64,000 nucleotides of DNA from an uncultured virus (IMG/VR IMGVR_UViG_3300030118_002929) (taxonomy: Duplodnaviria > Heunggongvirae > Uroviricota > Caudoviricetes), in IMG/VR virus record IMGVR_UViG_3300030118_002929; one strand, written 5' to 3'. Positions 20,646 to 30,114 of this stretch are shown one piece after another. Each line of letters opens with the position of its first letter. The stretch's first letter is position 1. Below the pieces are notes generated by a model that had not been told where the DNA came from, ran no database searches, and worked only from the letters and a program-made list of their open reading frames with translations. A program made the position numbers and the translations under genes.

Positions 20646-20975
20646 ATGGCAACCGCAGTATTCAAAAATGCAAAAACGGCGAATGTAGCAACTTCAGGTT
20701 CAACTGTATATACAGTTCCTAGTGGAAAATATTCAGTCATACATGCAATTTATGTAACTAACATTTATAACCTTGAAGATTTATATGTAAATATTGAAGT
20801 AGTAGACGCAAGTTCTGCCCCATTTAATATTGCGTATCTATATCCTATTCCTGCAAACTTAGGTGCAGTATGGGAAAGACCAATTAATTTAATGTCGCAA
20901 GAAGTTTTGAAGATAACATCATCAAGAGCAAATTCTTTAGATGTATTTGTTTCTTATCTAGAGTTTACACCGTAA
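20646..20975 (+). CDS. ~110-aa virion (putative fibre adaptor) protein
   Basis: FKNA.....VYTVPS....IPAN....PINL...E.L.I....SLDV.VSYLE. Paralog of 18576..18911. Confidence 0.65.
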   Translation: MATAVFKNAKTANVATSGSTVYTVPSGKYSVIHAIYVTNIYNLEDLYVNIEVVDASSAPFNIAYLYPIPANLGAVWERPINLMSQEVLKITSSRANSLDVFVSYLEFTP

Positions 20976-20989
20976 GGAGAATATAGACT

Positions 20990-23386
20990 ATGCCGATGAT
21001 AGGAAGAACCACGAATGCTCGTTCAAGAATGCAAAAGTTTCTTGGTACAGGTTCGGACAAAATATTTTCATTAGACTTCATACCTCAATCAGACCATCAA
21101 ATGATGGTTTATATTCAAGGTGTCTATCAAGATGACCATAGTTATGTTTTCAAACACCCTAACAAAATTTTCTTTGCAGATACACCTTCTGACGGAGCAG
21201 AAATAACTGTAGTAGCAATTAAATCTGCAGACTATCAATCTCATAGAACTAACTTTTTTAGATGTGATGGTGTTCAAAGAATTTTCAATCTAGGATATAC
21301 TCCACCTAATGAACAATCTATTTTAGTTACTAAAAATGGTGATATATTACAAGATAAAGATTATGTTCTACAAGGCAATAAAATTGTTATGACACATACA
21401 CCTGCACAAGGTGTTGAGTTAGAAACAAGAGCATTGTATGATATTATTGATCCTTCTGGTAATGCTCAGGCATCAAACAGTTTATCAATTCAAAGAACAA
21501 GACAAACTGCAGATGGATATCAAAATATATTTCCTATGCACCAAAAACCAAGTGCAGAAAATAATCTGTTAGTGTTTAGAGGTTCAGGTAATCATTCAAG
21601 TATTGTATCAAATGATTCCGAGTATGCAATAGTTAACGAATACAAATATGTTCATAATAATGTTTTACCTGATGGTGAAGAATTAGAATTTAGAGGACTT
21701 ACAGGATCAACATATTCGAATTTAAATAGAAGAGTTATAACTACTACAGATGTTGATGGTGTACCTGCCGCAATATCAGTAACAAGTGGTGGTACTTCAG
21801 GATACTCAGTAGCAAATAATCTAGAAACAACTGGCGGTTCAGGAACAGGATTCAGAGTTAATATTACAAGTGTCTCTTCAGGAACAGTTACAGGTGTTTC
21901 AATCAATACAGATTTAGGTGCAGGAACTTTTGCTAGAAATTATAATTCATCTGAAGTTTTAACAATCAAACAATCAGGTTCTACAAATGATGCAACTATT
22001 ACAATCGGAAGTGTAACAAATAGCACAGGTCAAAGATACTTTGATATAAACAATCATATCTTTGATGTTCAAAACAATGCATTTCAAAAAGAAACTTCAT
22101 ATGTTTTATCTGCAGACGAACAAGATTTATTGGTATCAGTAGATGGTATTATTCAACCATACAATCAATATACAGTTATGGCGGCAGATTTTAATGAAGG
22201 TTCTGGATCATCAAATCAAATTGTAGATATAGGATCAGTTGTAGGTCATAGTAATAATCCTGCAAATGTAGAAATTAGAGATTTAAAAGAATTAGTAAGT
22301 AATGCAGATGTTGTATTAGATGCTGATACTGGCATTGAAAGAGCAATATGGACAACAACAGGTGGCGGTACAACTTTCACAGTAGGTAACGGTTCATCAA
22401 CTGTAGAGACTTCAAACTTTGCAACTGCAATGGGTAACGATGCCGCTAATGAACAAAAGTTCATGGTAATTGTTAACGGTATTATTCAGGACGAAGATAC
22501 ATGGTCAATATCAGGTGGCACATTAACAGTAGGCGCCGCCGTTGGATCTTCAGATGATAGTGGTGCTGGTCAATCAGTATTTGTAGAATTAATTTTCTTT
22601 ACTGGATTGGATTCTTCAAATCAAAATGCTAAACAAGTTACAATGACAGGTAATTCACAAACAGGAGCAGGTGACCATAAATTTATTAGACTTTATGATA
22701 GAGCAACAGGACTTAAAGAATTACACCCAAGTTCAGATGCCTGCGTAATCGTGGATATCAATGGGGTATATCAAAACGATAGAACATATTTCGTAAAGAA
22801 TAACAAACTATGTTTCTATGATGAATTTCCTGCATTTGGATCAGAGATTAATGTTAAAATTCTTAAATGTACTGAAGTTGTTGCCGCTAATAGAAGAAAA
22901 GATATGAGAAGAGGTGATGGTTCAACTACAACATTCAGTTTACCATTTAACTCTACAACAACACCTAAAGACATTGGGTATCATATATCAGTTAATGGTA
23001 AAGTTTTAAGAGATAATGAGTTTTCAATTAATACCGCAGGAACAGTAGTAACATTCTCAACTGCACCTGCCAACGATGCATTTATTGAAATTGTAGGTAT
23101 TTTTGATATTACAACATTCGCAGGATCTTCTTCAGATACAGATTTAGATATTAGAAAGAAAGTATTCGATTGTGATGGTGTAAGACAACTCTTTGATTTA
23201 GGAGATTTAGTATTTGAAAGACATGCTTTCGGTACAGTACAAGACAGTTACAACGAACAAAAACTACTAGTGTTTATAAATGGTGAACTTCAATCAAATG
23301 ATAAATATATCATAGTAGGATCTAGACTTTATATGACTACCGTACCAGGTGGATCAGATGTTCTAGAAGTAATAAGATTTATATAA
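20990..23386 (+). CDS. Virion protein with tandem beta-rich repeats
   Basis: Repeated DG....F.L...P......V..NG..Q....Y......F...P..G.EI.V units. SD AAGGAG. Confidence 0.7.
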   Translation: MPMIGRTTNARSRMQKFLGTGSDKIFSLDFIPQSDHQMMVYIQGVYQDDHSYVFKHPNKIFFADTPSDGAEITVVAIKSADYQSHRTNFFRCDGVQRIFNLGYTPPNEQSILVTKNGDILQDKDYVLQGNKIVMTHTPAQGVELETRALYDIIDPSGNAQASNSLSIQRTRQTADGYQNIFPMHQKPSAENNLLVFRGSGNHSSIVSNDSEYAIVNEYKYVHNNVLPDGEELEFRGLTGSTYSNLNRRVITTTDVDGVPAAISVTSGGTSGYSVANNLETTGGSGTGFRVNITSVSSGTVTGVSINTDLGAGTFARNYNSSEVLTIKQSGSTNDATITIGSVTNSTGQRYFDINNHIFDVQNNAFQKETSYVLSADEQDLLVSVDGIIQPYNQYTVMAADFNEGSGSSNQIVDIGSVVGHSNNPANVEIRDLKELVSNADVVLDADTGIERAIWTTTGGGTTFTVGNGSSTVETSNFATAMGNDAANEQKFMVIVNGIIQDEDTWSISGGTLTVGAAVGSSDDSGAGQSVFVELIFFTGLDSSNQNAKQVTMTGNSQTGAGDHKFIRLYDRATGLKELHPSSDACVIVDINGVYQNDRTYFVKNNKLCFYDEFPAFGSEINVKILKCTEVVAANRRKDMRRGDGSTTTFSLPFNSTTTPKDIGYHISVNGKVLRDNEFSINTAGTVVTFSTAPANDAFIEIVGIFDITTFAGSSSDTDLDIRKKVFDCDGVRQLFDLGDLVFERHAFGTVQDSYNEQKLLVFINGELQSNDKYIIVGSRLYMTTVPGGSDVLEVIRFI

Positions 23387-23395
23387 GAGGAACTA

Positions 23396-23893
23396 ATGGC
23401 ACTTACAAAACTCACAAAACATATTGTTCACGGAGCGACAATCGTTCAAGTTAGATTTAAAGATTTGGGTGATTTTTCATTTAACAATACAAGTGTTAAT
23501 GATGCCGGTAATATTACAATTACTCCTCAATATGCTGATAGTATATTAGAAATACATTATACTGCCTCAGTAGCAACACCTACTAACAATGATTCCGCAA
23601 ATACAGATTTATATCTAGATGTTAACGGTACAGATGAATACACTTTAGATAGTGTAAATGATCCAGGAAACTTTACATATTCATTTAACTCTCATGGTAG
23701 AGAAGATGGTTCTTCAGTAAATGCTTTTCATAGACATTTACCAGGTACGACAAACCTACAAACTATTACAGTTCAATATCAAAAAAATAGTACAAACGGT
23801 GGTACTACACAAGTTAGAGAGCAATTTATTTGTGTAAAAGAAATAGCAGGTGGTCTTACTACTGGTACACCAGGGAATGCATATGTTAACTAG
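23396..23893 (+). CDS. Fibre-tip-like protein, paralog 1 of 3 (MALTK...)
   Basis: MALTKLTKHIVHG..ITPQYADSILE..PGTTNLQTI..VKEI. Confidence 0.65.
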   Translation: MALTKLTKHIVHGATIVQVRFKDLGDFSFNNTSVNDAGNITITPQYADSILEIHYTASVATPTNNDSANTDLYLDVNGTDEYTLDSVNDPGNFTYSFNSHGREDGSSVNAFHRHLPGTTNLQTITVQYQKNSTNGGTTQVREQFICVKEIAGGLTTGTPGNAYVN

Positions 23894-23917
23894 AATTAAA
23901 GAGTTTTTTAAAAGCAT

Positions 23918-23925
23918 TATAAATA
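23918..23925 (+). promoter_or_regulatory. T4-type late promoter
   Basis: Intergenic TATAAATA. Confidence 0.8.
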
Positions 23926-23949
23926 GAATTAAAGGGTGGAGAAAATAAA

Positions 23950-24477
23950 ATGGCATTAACAAAAGTAACTAAACATATAGTTTTTGGTTCTACATTGATA
24001 GCACACTATGGTAGAGATATAAGCGATACAACTTCATCTTCATCTTCATTAACTCAATGGGGAGAAGACATTGTATTTACTCCTCAGTATGCAGACAGTC
24101 ATATAGAAATTTGCGTAACAGGAACAGTATTTTCTAGCACACAATTTACCACTTCAGATAGATTTGGTAATTTAGCAATCAATGTAAACGGTACTACAGA
24201 ATATACTCAAAACGGTGTCATAGGTGGAAGAACTACCCAAGCATCTACAAGAACATGGCATAACCCAAGACATCAACAACATAATGGTAGACAACAGTTT
24301 CATTATGATAACTTTGGTAACTCAATCTATATGAACCATATTCACGCACCAGGAAATACTAACCAATTAACAATAGAAATAATGATGAGTTCAGATAGTG
24401 GGCATTTAAGCATTCAATGTAAAGACGGATTCGTAACTGTTTCAGAGATATCTGGTGACCACTACAACAAGACATAG
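23950..24477 (+). CDS. Fibre-tip-like protein, paralog 2 of 3, with His/Gln-rich insert
   Basis: MALTKVTKHIVFG..FTPQYADSHIE..WHNPRHQQHNGRQQFH..PGNTN. Confidence 0.65.
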   Translation: MALTKVTKHIVFGSTLIAHYGRDISDTTSSSSSLTQWGEDIVFTPQYADSHIEICVTGTVFSSTQFTTSDRFGNLAINVNGTTEYTQNGVIGGRTTQASTRTWHNPRHQQHNGRQQFHYDNFGNSIYMNHIHAPGNTNQLTIEIMMSSDSGHLSIQCKDGFVTVSEISGDHYNKT

Positions 24478-24485
24478 GATTTAAC

Positions 24486-25025
24486 ATGGCATTAACAAAA
24501 GTAACAAAACACATTTTACACGGATCCATGCTTGTGCAATTCAAGTATGCAGATTTATCTGATACAAGTAATAGTTCTAGTACACAAACTTTCCAAGCAA
24601 TGGGTAGTAATATTGTAATAACACCTTTATATGCTGATAGTATATTAGAATGCACATTCTCAGGTTCATTTCAAGATGAAAGTTCAAACAACGATGGTCA
24701 AAATGCTATGTTTAGTTTATTTGTAAACGACAACGAAGAATATACACAAGGTCACTTATTTGGGGGACCTTATAGTGGTAATCAACATCAACAACATGGT
24801 GGTGACCATAATCGTATTCAACACGGTATTACACACGCACACTTCCACAACTTTAAGAAAAGTGTAGGATTTACTCACAGTTTCTTACCAGGAACTACAA
24901 ATGCACAGACTATCAATGTTCGTATTAAAAACCAAGATAGTAATAGTAGAACGGTAACTATGAGAGAAGGATTTCTAATAGTGAAAGAAATCTCAATAGG
25001 ACTAGCAACATCAGGTTCTGTATAA
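24486..25025 (+). CDS. Fibre-tip-like protein, paralog 3 of 3, with His-rich insert
   Basis: MALTKVTKHILHG..ITPLYADSILE..HQQHGGDHNRIQHGITHAHFH..PGTTN. Confidence 0.65.
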   Translation: MALTKVTKHILHGSMLVQFKYADLSDTSNSSSTQTFQAMGSNIVITPLYADSILECTFSGSFQDESSNNDGQNAMFSLFVNDNEEYTQGHLFGGPYSGNQHQQHGGDHNRIQHGITHAHFHNFKKSVGFTHSFLPGTTNAQTINVRIKNQDSNSRTVTMREGFLIVKEISIGLATSGSV

Positions 25026-25033
25026 TATAAATA
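25026..25033 (+). promoter_or_regulatory. T4-type late promoter
   Basis: Intergenic TATAAATA. Confidence 0.8.
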
Positions 25034-25072
25034 TGTTATGTTACAAATTAAGATTAAAAGAGGTTAACTAAA

Positions 25073-25960
25073 ATGGCAACAACTAACAATACAAACAATC
25101 AGATCCTGAAAAAAGCAGGACCTAAGTCGGTTGAAGAGTTGCAAAGAAAAGGACCACCTACAAGAGAAGAAATTGAAGCGATTTCAGAAAAGTACGGAAT
25201 GGGTGTTGCACTAACTGCCGATGAAAATAATAGATTTTTAGACTACTTTCAGCAAAGAAGAAATGCTTGGGATATCGGAACATTTTTATCCGTAGCATAT
25301 CCTAACTGTGAGTGGTCAATTCAACCACAAACAAGAATGGATAGAATGCCGGATGATGGTTCAGGACAATCAGCAAACGACCTAGACTTACTTGTATGGG
25401 ACGAAGATAATCCACTTCCTAAACCAACTAAAGCAGAAATCGACAAAATGAGACCTTTTGTTCAAGATATTCTTGACCAACAAGCATACTTGACATTAAG
25501 AGCAAAAGCATATCCACCTGAAAGTGAACTTGTAAAAGCACTATGGGAATATGTTGTCGAAGGCGATGATGAACTTATGAATGCCCTTCAAGCAAGAAGA
25601 ATTGCAGTTAAGAAAAGATTTCCAAAACCAGAAAACAAACATTGGATGGTACAATCTAGCGAATACTTGCAAATCATTCCTAATTCACCAGAAGATTTAC
25701 TTAGAGATTTAGATGAAAAAGAAGCAAAAGAAATTGCTTTCAAACCTGGTGTTCAAGCAAAAGATGCCGAACCACTAGCAACAACTAAATCTTTATCTGA
25801 AAGAGCAGACGAAATACTTGCTAAAAGAAAGAAAGCACTACAAGATTCCAACAAGAAAGTTACAAGTATTGACAAAATGAATACTGTAGAGCAAAAAGTA
25901 ACTGTAGCAGATATTGATAAAGCAAAAGCAGAAAAAGAAAAAGCAGAAAAATCTGAGTAA
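25073..25960 (+). CDS. Probable tail-fibre assembly chaperone with charged extensions
   Basis: W.....PKPT.AEI....Y...RA.AYP....L..LW....AVK.RFPKP core resembles fibre-assembly proteins that follow fibre genes. Confidence 0.55.
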   Translation: MATTNNTNNQILKKAGPKSVEELQRKGPPTREEIEAISEKYGMGVALTADENNRFLDYFQQRRNAWDIGTFLSVAYPNCEWSIQPQTRMDRMPDDGSGQSANDLDLLVWDEDNPLPKPTKAEIDKMRPFVQDILDQQAYLTLRAKAYPPESELVKALWEYVVEGDDELMNALQARRIAVKKRFPKPENKHWMVQSSEYLQIIPNSPEDLLRDLDEKEAKEIAFKPGVQAKDAEPLATTKSLSERADEILAKRKKALQDSNKKVTSIDKMNTVEQKVTVADIDKAKAEKEKAEKSE

Positions 25961-25975
25961 TTGAGGAGATATTAA

Positions 25976-26377
25976 ATGCCTTTAAAAAATGGAAAACTAA
26001 TTCTTGAAAGACAAGTTTCAGACTTTGCAGAAAGATTTACGATAGATCCAAATAACCTCTTATCTATCGGTACTGCCGTAAGAGCAACAACAGGCACTTA
26101 CGAAATAGAAGTTACTCAGTCTTCAAGTGATGATAACTACATAGGCGTTATATATGCGTTACCGAGAACATCTTTTCCTTATGTTGCCTTAATGGGTAGA
26201 TGTATTGTAAATGTTAGAAACTCAGTTACTAAAGGCGATAATATTCAATTAGATACTTCCAAAGGATTCTTTACATCTGGCGGTGGTGGTGGAACAGGTT
26301 GCAGAGGTGTAGCATTAACATCTCAATCGCAAGAACACGGACAAGTAGAAGCAATACTGTTTCCAGGACCTAGATAA
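25976..26377 (+). CDS. Hypothetical protein resembling the C-terminal chaperone-type domain of fibres
   Basis: YIGVI....VALMGR..V.V...V.KGD.I.....G....GVAL. SD GAGGAG. Confidence 0.5.
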   Translation: MPLKNGKLILERQVSDFAERFTIDPNNLLSIGTAVRATTGTYEIEVTQSSSDDNYIGVIYALPRTSFPYVALMGRCIVNVRNSVTKGDNIQLDTSKGFFTSGGGGGTGCRGVALTSQSQEHGQVEAILFPGPR

Positions 26378-26403
26378 TAATAAGAAACTACTAATTTTAT
26401 TCT

Positions 26404-26453
26404 ACTCCAAGGTTATATAAATACTTAAAGAATTATAACCTTGGAGTTTTTTT
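26404..26453 (+). promoter_or_regulatory. 14-bp hairpin enclosing the late promoter TATAAATA (26416-26423) and pairing the gp13 SD; also terminator-like
   Basis: actccaaggttata (26404-26417) pairs with tataaccttggagt (26434-26447), followed by TTTTTT and ATG. Confidence 0.8.
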
Positions 26454-27407
26454 ATGGCAAACCCTACAAGTAGAAGTACATTACAAGACTATTGCAAGAG
26501 AGCATTGGGTGATGGTGTCATTGATATCAACATATCTACAAATCAACTTGAAGATAGAACAGATGAGGCACTTCAATTCTTTCAAGAATATCACTTTGAT
26601 GGTGTAGAAAAGACACTATTAAAGCATAAGATAACTGCAACTACAATCACACTTTCTGCGGCAGTATCAGGAAACTTTAATGCTGGTGAAAAAATTACAG
26701 GCGGCACTTCAGGTGCTACTGCTACTATCATAGATGCTCCTACGACAACGACAATCAGAATTAAAAATCATATAGGCACTTTTCAAGCAAGTGAAACTAT
26801 AACAGGTGCAGTAACAAGTTCAACTGCAACAATATCATCTATATCTTTAGGTGACATATCTAATGGATACATTCCTATTACAAGTGATTTAATCACAGGT
26901 GTTGTAAAAATATTTCCATTTACAAATCGTTCAGACTTAAATATGTTTGATGTAAACTATCAACTTAGATTAAATGAAGTTTTTGATTTTACTTCAACTT
27001 CAGTAATCTATTATACGATGGTACAAAGACACATAAGTTTGCTTAACGAAGTGTTAGTAGGTAAGAAACCTTTTAGATTTAGCAGACATCAAGACCAGTT
27101 ACACATAGATATGGACTGGGATAATGATGTTGATGTAGATAGTTTTTTAGTTGTAGAGGCATATAGAATACTAGACCCACAAACATATACAGATGTTTAC
27201 AATGATATGTTTTTAAAAAGATATCTAATAGCATTAATTAAATTGCAATGGGGTAATAATTTAATTAAGTTTCAAGGTGTTCAAATGCCAGGTGGTGTTA
27301 CACTAAATGGTGAACAAATATATAATGAGGCAAAAGAAGAAAAACGACAAATAGAAGAAGAGGTATCTTTGAAATACGAGTTACCTGTAGATTTTATAAC
27401 AGGATAA
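26454..27407 (+). CDS. gp13: Neck protein gp13
   Basis: L.DYC.R.LG..VI.IN....QLEDR.DEALQFF.EYHFDG, QWG.NL.KF.GVQMPGGVTLNG. Confidence 0.92.
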   Translation: MANPTSRSTLQDYCKRALGDGVIDINISTNQLEDRTDEALQFFQEYHFDGVEKTLLKHKITATTITLSAAVSGNFNAGEKITGGTSGATATIIDAPTTTTIRIKNHIGTFQASETITGAVTSSTATISSISLGDISNGYIPITSDLITGVVKIFPFTNRSDLNMFDVNYQLRLNEVFDFTSTSVIYYTMVQRHISLLNEVLVGKKPFRFSRHQDQLHIDMDWDNDVDVDSFLVVEAYRILDPQTYTDVYNDMFLKRYLIALIKLQWGNNLIKFQGVQMPGGVTLNGEQIYNEAKEEKRQIEEEVSLKYELPVDFITG

Positions 27408-27414
27408 TGACTAA

Positions 27415-28200
27415 ATGGCACTTAATACTATATTCAATCAAGGTGGTGGATTAAGTAGTGGTCTGTCAAACGAACAGACTTTAATTAATAATCTATATAC
27501 TGAGGCAATCAAAATATATGGTTTTGATGTGTTCTATATTCCTAGAACACTTGTAAATCTAGATAAAGTATTTCAAGAAGATGAATTATCTAAGTTTACT
27601 TCAGCACATGCGATTGAAATGTATTTACAAAGTGTCGATGGGTATGAAGGAGAAGGTGACTTCTTATCTAAGTTTGGTGTTGAAATAAGAGATAGAGCAA
27701 GTTTTGTTGTAGTCAAAGATAGATGGACTGCCGAAGTCGATAACAACGCATCATTAATTGTAGAAGGTAGACCTAACGAAGGTGATTTAATTTATTTACC
27801 TTTAACAAAAGGTCTATTCGAAATTAAGTTTGTAGAGCATGAAAATATATTCTATCAACTAAATCAAATATACACTTATAGATTAGATGTAGAGAAATTT
27901 GTATATTCAAGCGAAGTATTTAACACAGGAGTTTCTGCCGTTGATGCTATTGAAGATGCAAGGTCTACAGATATGTTTAACTATGAAGTTAGACTTGAAG
28001 ACAATAGCGGTGCTATATTACTTGAAAACGGATTTAAACTTATCAAAGAAGATTATAAACTTGTTGATACAACTACAACTGCAACAACATCACAATCTAT
28101 TGCACCTTTGGCACAAAATAGAGAGTTTGGATTAAATGCTGATAGTATAGTGGACTTTAGTGTCTCTAATCCTTTCGGTGATATTAGTCAGAATAAATAG
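27415..28200 (+). CDS. gp14: Neck protein gp14
   Basis: EQ.LI..L..E.IKIYG.DV.YIPR, SKFG.EIRD, RPNEGDLIY.P, NPFG. Confidence 0.92.
   Translation: MALNTIFNQGGGLSSGLSNEQTLINNLYTEAIKIYGFDVFYIPRTLVNLDKVFQEDELSKFTSAHAIEMYLQSVDGYEGEGDFLSKFGVEIRDRASFVVVKDRWTAEVDNNASLIVEGRPNEGDLIYLPLTKGLFEIKFVEHENIFYQLNQIYTYRLDVEKFVYSSEVFNTGVSAVDAIEDARSTDMFNYEVRLEDNSGAILLENGFKLIKEDYKLVDTTTTATTSQSIAPLAQNREFGLNADSIVDFSVSNPFGDISQNK
28192..28199 (+). promoter_or_regulatory. Late promoter variant AATAAATA
   Basis: 9 nt before the gp15 ATG. Confidence 0.5.
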
Positions 28201-28208
28201 GTACTAAG

Positions 28209-28982
28209 ATGTTTGGAACTCATTTTTATCATTCAACAATAAGAAAAACTGTCGTAGCATTCGGTACTATTTTCAACAATATTCAAATAAGAAGAGTTGA
28301 TGGTAGCGGTAATGTTGCTCAAAGTCTTAGAGTGCCACTAGCATATGGTCCTAAAGGTAAATTTTTAGCAAGACTATTTGAAAATCCTAGTTTTAGTAAT
28401 AAAGTACAAACTACAGTTCCTAGAATGGGTTTTGATATATCTTCTTTTTCATATGATAGTACAAGAAAATTAAATACATTAAATAAAAGAAGAAAGATAG
28501 ATAGTGCAGATAATAGTAAATTAGATTTTCAATATCTATCTGTACCTTATAATATAGATTTTAACTTATACATTTTCGCTAAACAACAAGACGATGCATT
28601 ACAATGTGTTGAACAAATATTACCATACTTTACACCTGCATATACATTAACAATTAATGCAGTACCTGAGATGGGTATCAAACAAGACTTTCCTGTAATA
28701 TTAAATAGTTTAACATATGAAGATGATTACGAAGGTGATTTTGCTACAAGAAGAAGTATAGTATATACTTTAACATTTACAGTAAAAACTAATTTTTATG
28801 GACCTGTAGATAAACAAGGCGTAGTTAAGAAAGTAAGAATAGACCAATATACAAATGTTACAGATGCGCCTACAGATGTTGATGATATAAGATACGAAGT
28901 CGTACCTAATCCAACAACTGCAGATGCAGATGATGACTTTGGATTTACAGAAACAATAACTGAAAATCCTTCTAGTGCTTAA
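28209..28982 (+). CDS. gp15: Tail sheath stabilizer/terminator gp15
   Basis: FYH.TIRK.V.AFG..FN, VPLAYGP..KFL, EQILPYF.P, DDYEGDF..RR. Confidence 0.93.
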   Translation: MFGTHFYHSTIRKTVVAFGTIFNNIQIRRVDGSGNVAQSLRVPLAYGPKGKFLARLFENPSFSNKVQTTVPRMGFDISSFSYDSTRKLNTLNKRRKIDSADNSKLDFQYLSVPYNIDFNLYIFAKQQDDALQCVEQILPYFTPAYTLTINAVPEMGIKQDFPVILNSLTYEDDYEGDFATRRSIVYTLTFTVKTNFYGPVDKQGVVKKVRIDQYTNVTDAPTDVDDIRYEVVPNPTTADADDDFGFTETITENPSSA

Positions 28983-28993
28983 GGAGATATAAC

Positions 28994-29380
28994 ATGGCAA
29001 TAAAAACAGTCTTAGCAACAACCCCAACAACTGCAACTATATCTGTATCAGGAGATTTAACTTTTGATAACTTTGTAGATATTGACATAGATGTAGATAC
29101 ATTGGGAAGAGATGAAACTGCAACTAATCCTGAAGTATTAATTAATCAAGTAGATTATGATATTAATGCAGGTTCAGGACTAGGTGCAAGAGTAGAAAGA
29201 GTTACAGAACCTAACCCTACAGTTGTTCTTAGAATAGCATCAACGGCAGGTGTTGGTACTATAGAAAATCAAGGTCAAGAAAATTTAGCGGCAGAAGGTG
29301 ATAAGAATATTAGAGTTTATATTGAAGATGGTTCTATGATTATCACATTGAAGAAGGTGAGTGGTTTCACTCAAAACTAA
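28994..29380 (+). CDS. Hypothetical protein, paralog of 37377..37736
   Basis: SD AAGGAG. MAI...T.T...SV.G....IDID...P.V.I...LKKVSGF. Confidence 0.7.
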   Translation: MAIKTVLATTPTTATISVSGDLTFDNFVDIDIDVDTLGRDETATNPEVLINQVDYDINAGSGLGARVERVTEPNPTVVLRIASTAGVGTIENQGQENLAAEGDKNIRVYIEDGSMIITLKKVSGFTQN

Positions 29381-29381
29381 C

Positions 29382-29861
29382 ATGAGCAAAAGCGAAGATA
29401 AACTTAACGATATTTTTGATTTGCCTAAGCAAATTAAACAAGAATTTAACAACGAGATAGTTCCTGAACTAGTTTCTCCTAAACCTGTAATAAATGAAAC
29501 AGAAAGTGAAAAACTACAGAATGAACTTGAACCTATTACAGATAAAGAAGATGTCGATAATGACTATGAGAATGCTAGAAAAAACTTCTACTCTTTAATA
29601 AATAAAGGCAATACTGCTATTGATGGTATACTAAACTTAGCAAAAGAAAGTGAACATCCTAGGTCATATGAAGTTGCAGGACAACTAATTAAAGTAGTAG
29701 GAGATACTACACAAGAACTATTAAAGTTACAAAAGAACTTAAAAGAACTGAAAAAAGTCGATGATAAAGCACCTAGAAATGTAACTAATGCATTGTTTGT
29801 AGGTTCAACAAGTGAATTACAAAAACTAATCAATGGCAAGAAGGAAGGTAAAGATGAATAA
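29382..29861 (+). CDS. gp16: Terminase small subunit gp16
   Basis: DYE.AR..FY.LI.KG..AI..IL.LA.ESEHPR.YEVAGQLIK, NALFVGST.ELQK. ATG at 29382. Confidence 0.9.
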   Translation: MSKSEDKLNDIFDLPKQIKQEFNNEIVPELVSPKPVINETESEKLQNELEPITDKEDVDNDYENARKNFYSLINKGNTAIDGILNLAKESEHPRSYEVAGQLIKVVGDTTQELLKLQKNLKELKKVDDKAPRNVTNALFVGSTSELQKLINGKKEGKDE

Positions 29862-30114
29862 AGATTTTGATTTTGGGTTTACTGCAGTTGACGAAGACGA
29901 GTTAGAGGCAGTTCAACAAACACAAGCAAGTGCAGAGAATGTAAAAGCAAGAGCAAGTAAATTAGAAGGTAAAGTAGATAAACTTTATAATGCGATTACA
30001 CCTCTATTAGCAAACTTAAAAAAGAATCCTGAAAAAGAATACATATATTGGCCCAACCGTACTATTAAGATTGAGCAATTTGAAAATATTATTACGAAGA
30101 TAATCAATGAATAA
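29854..30114 (+). CDS. Hypothetical protein between gp16 and gp17
   Basis: DFDFGFTAVDEDEL..PLL.NLKKNPEKEYIYWPNR. ATG 29854 follows GGAAGG. Confidence 0.75.
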   Translation: MNKDFDFGFTAVDEDELEAVQQTQASAENVKARASKLEGKVDKLYNAITPLLANLKKNPEKEYIYWPNRTIKIEQFENIITKIINE

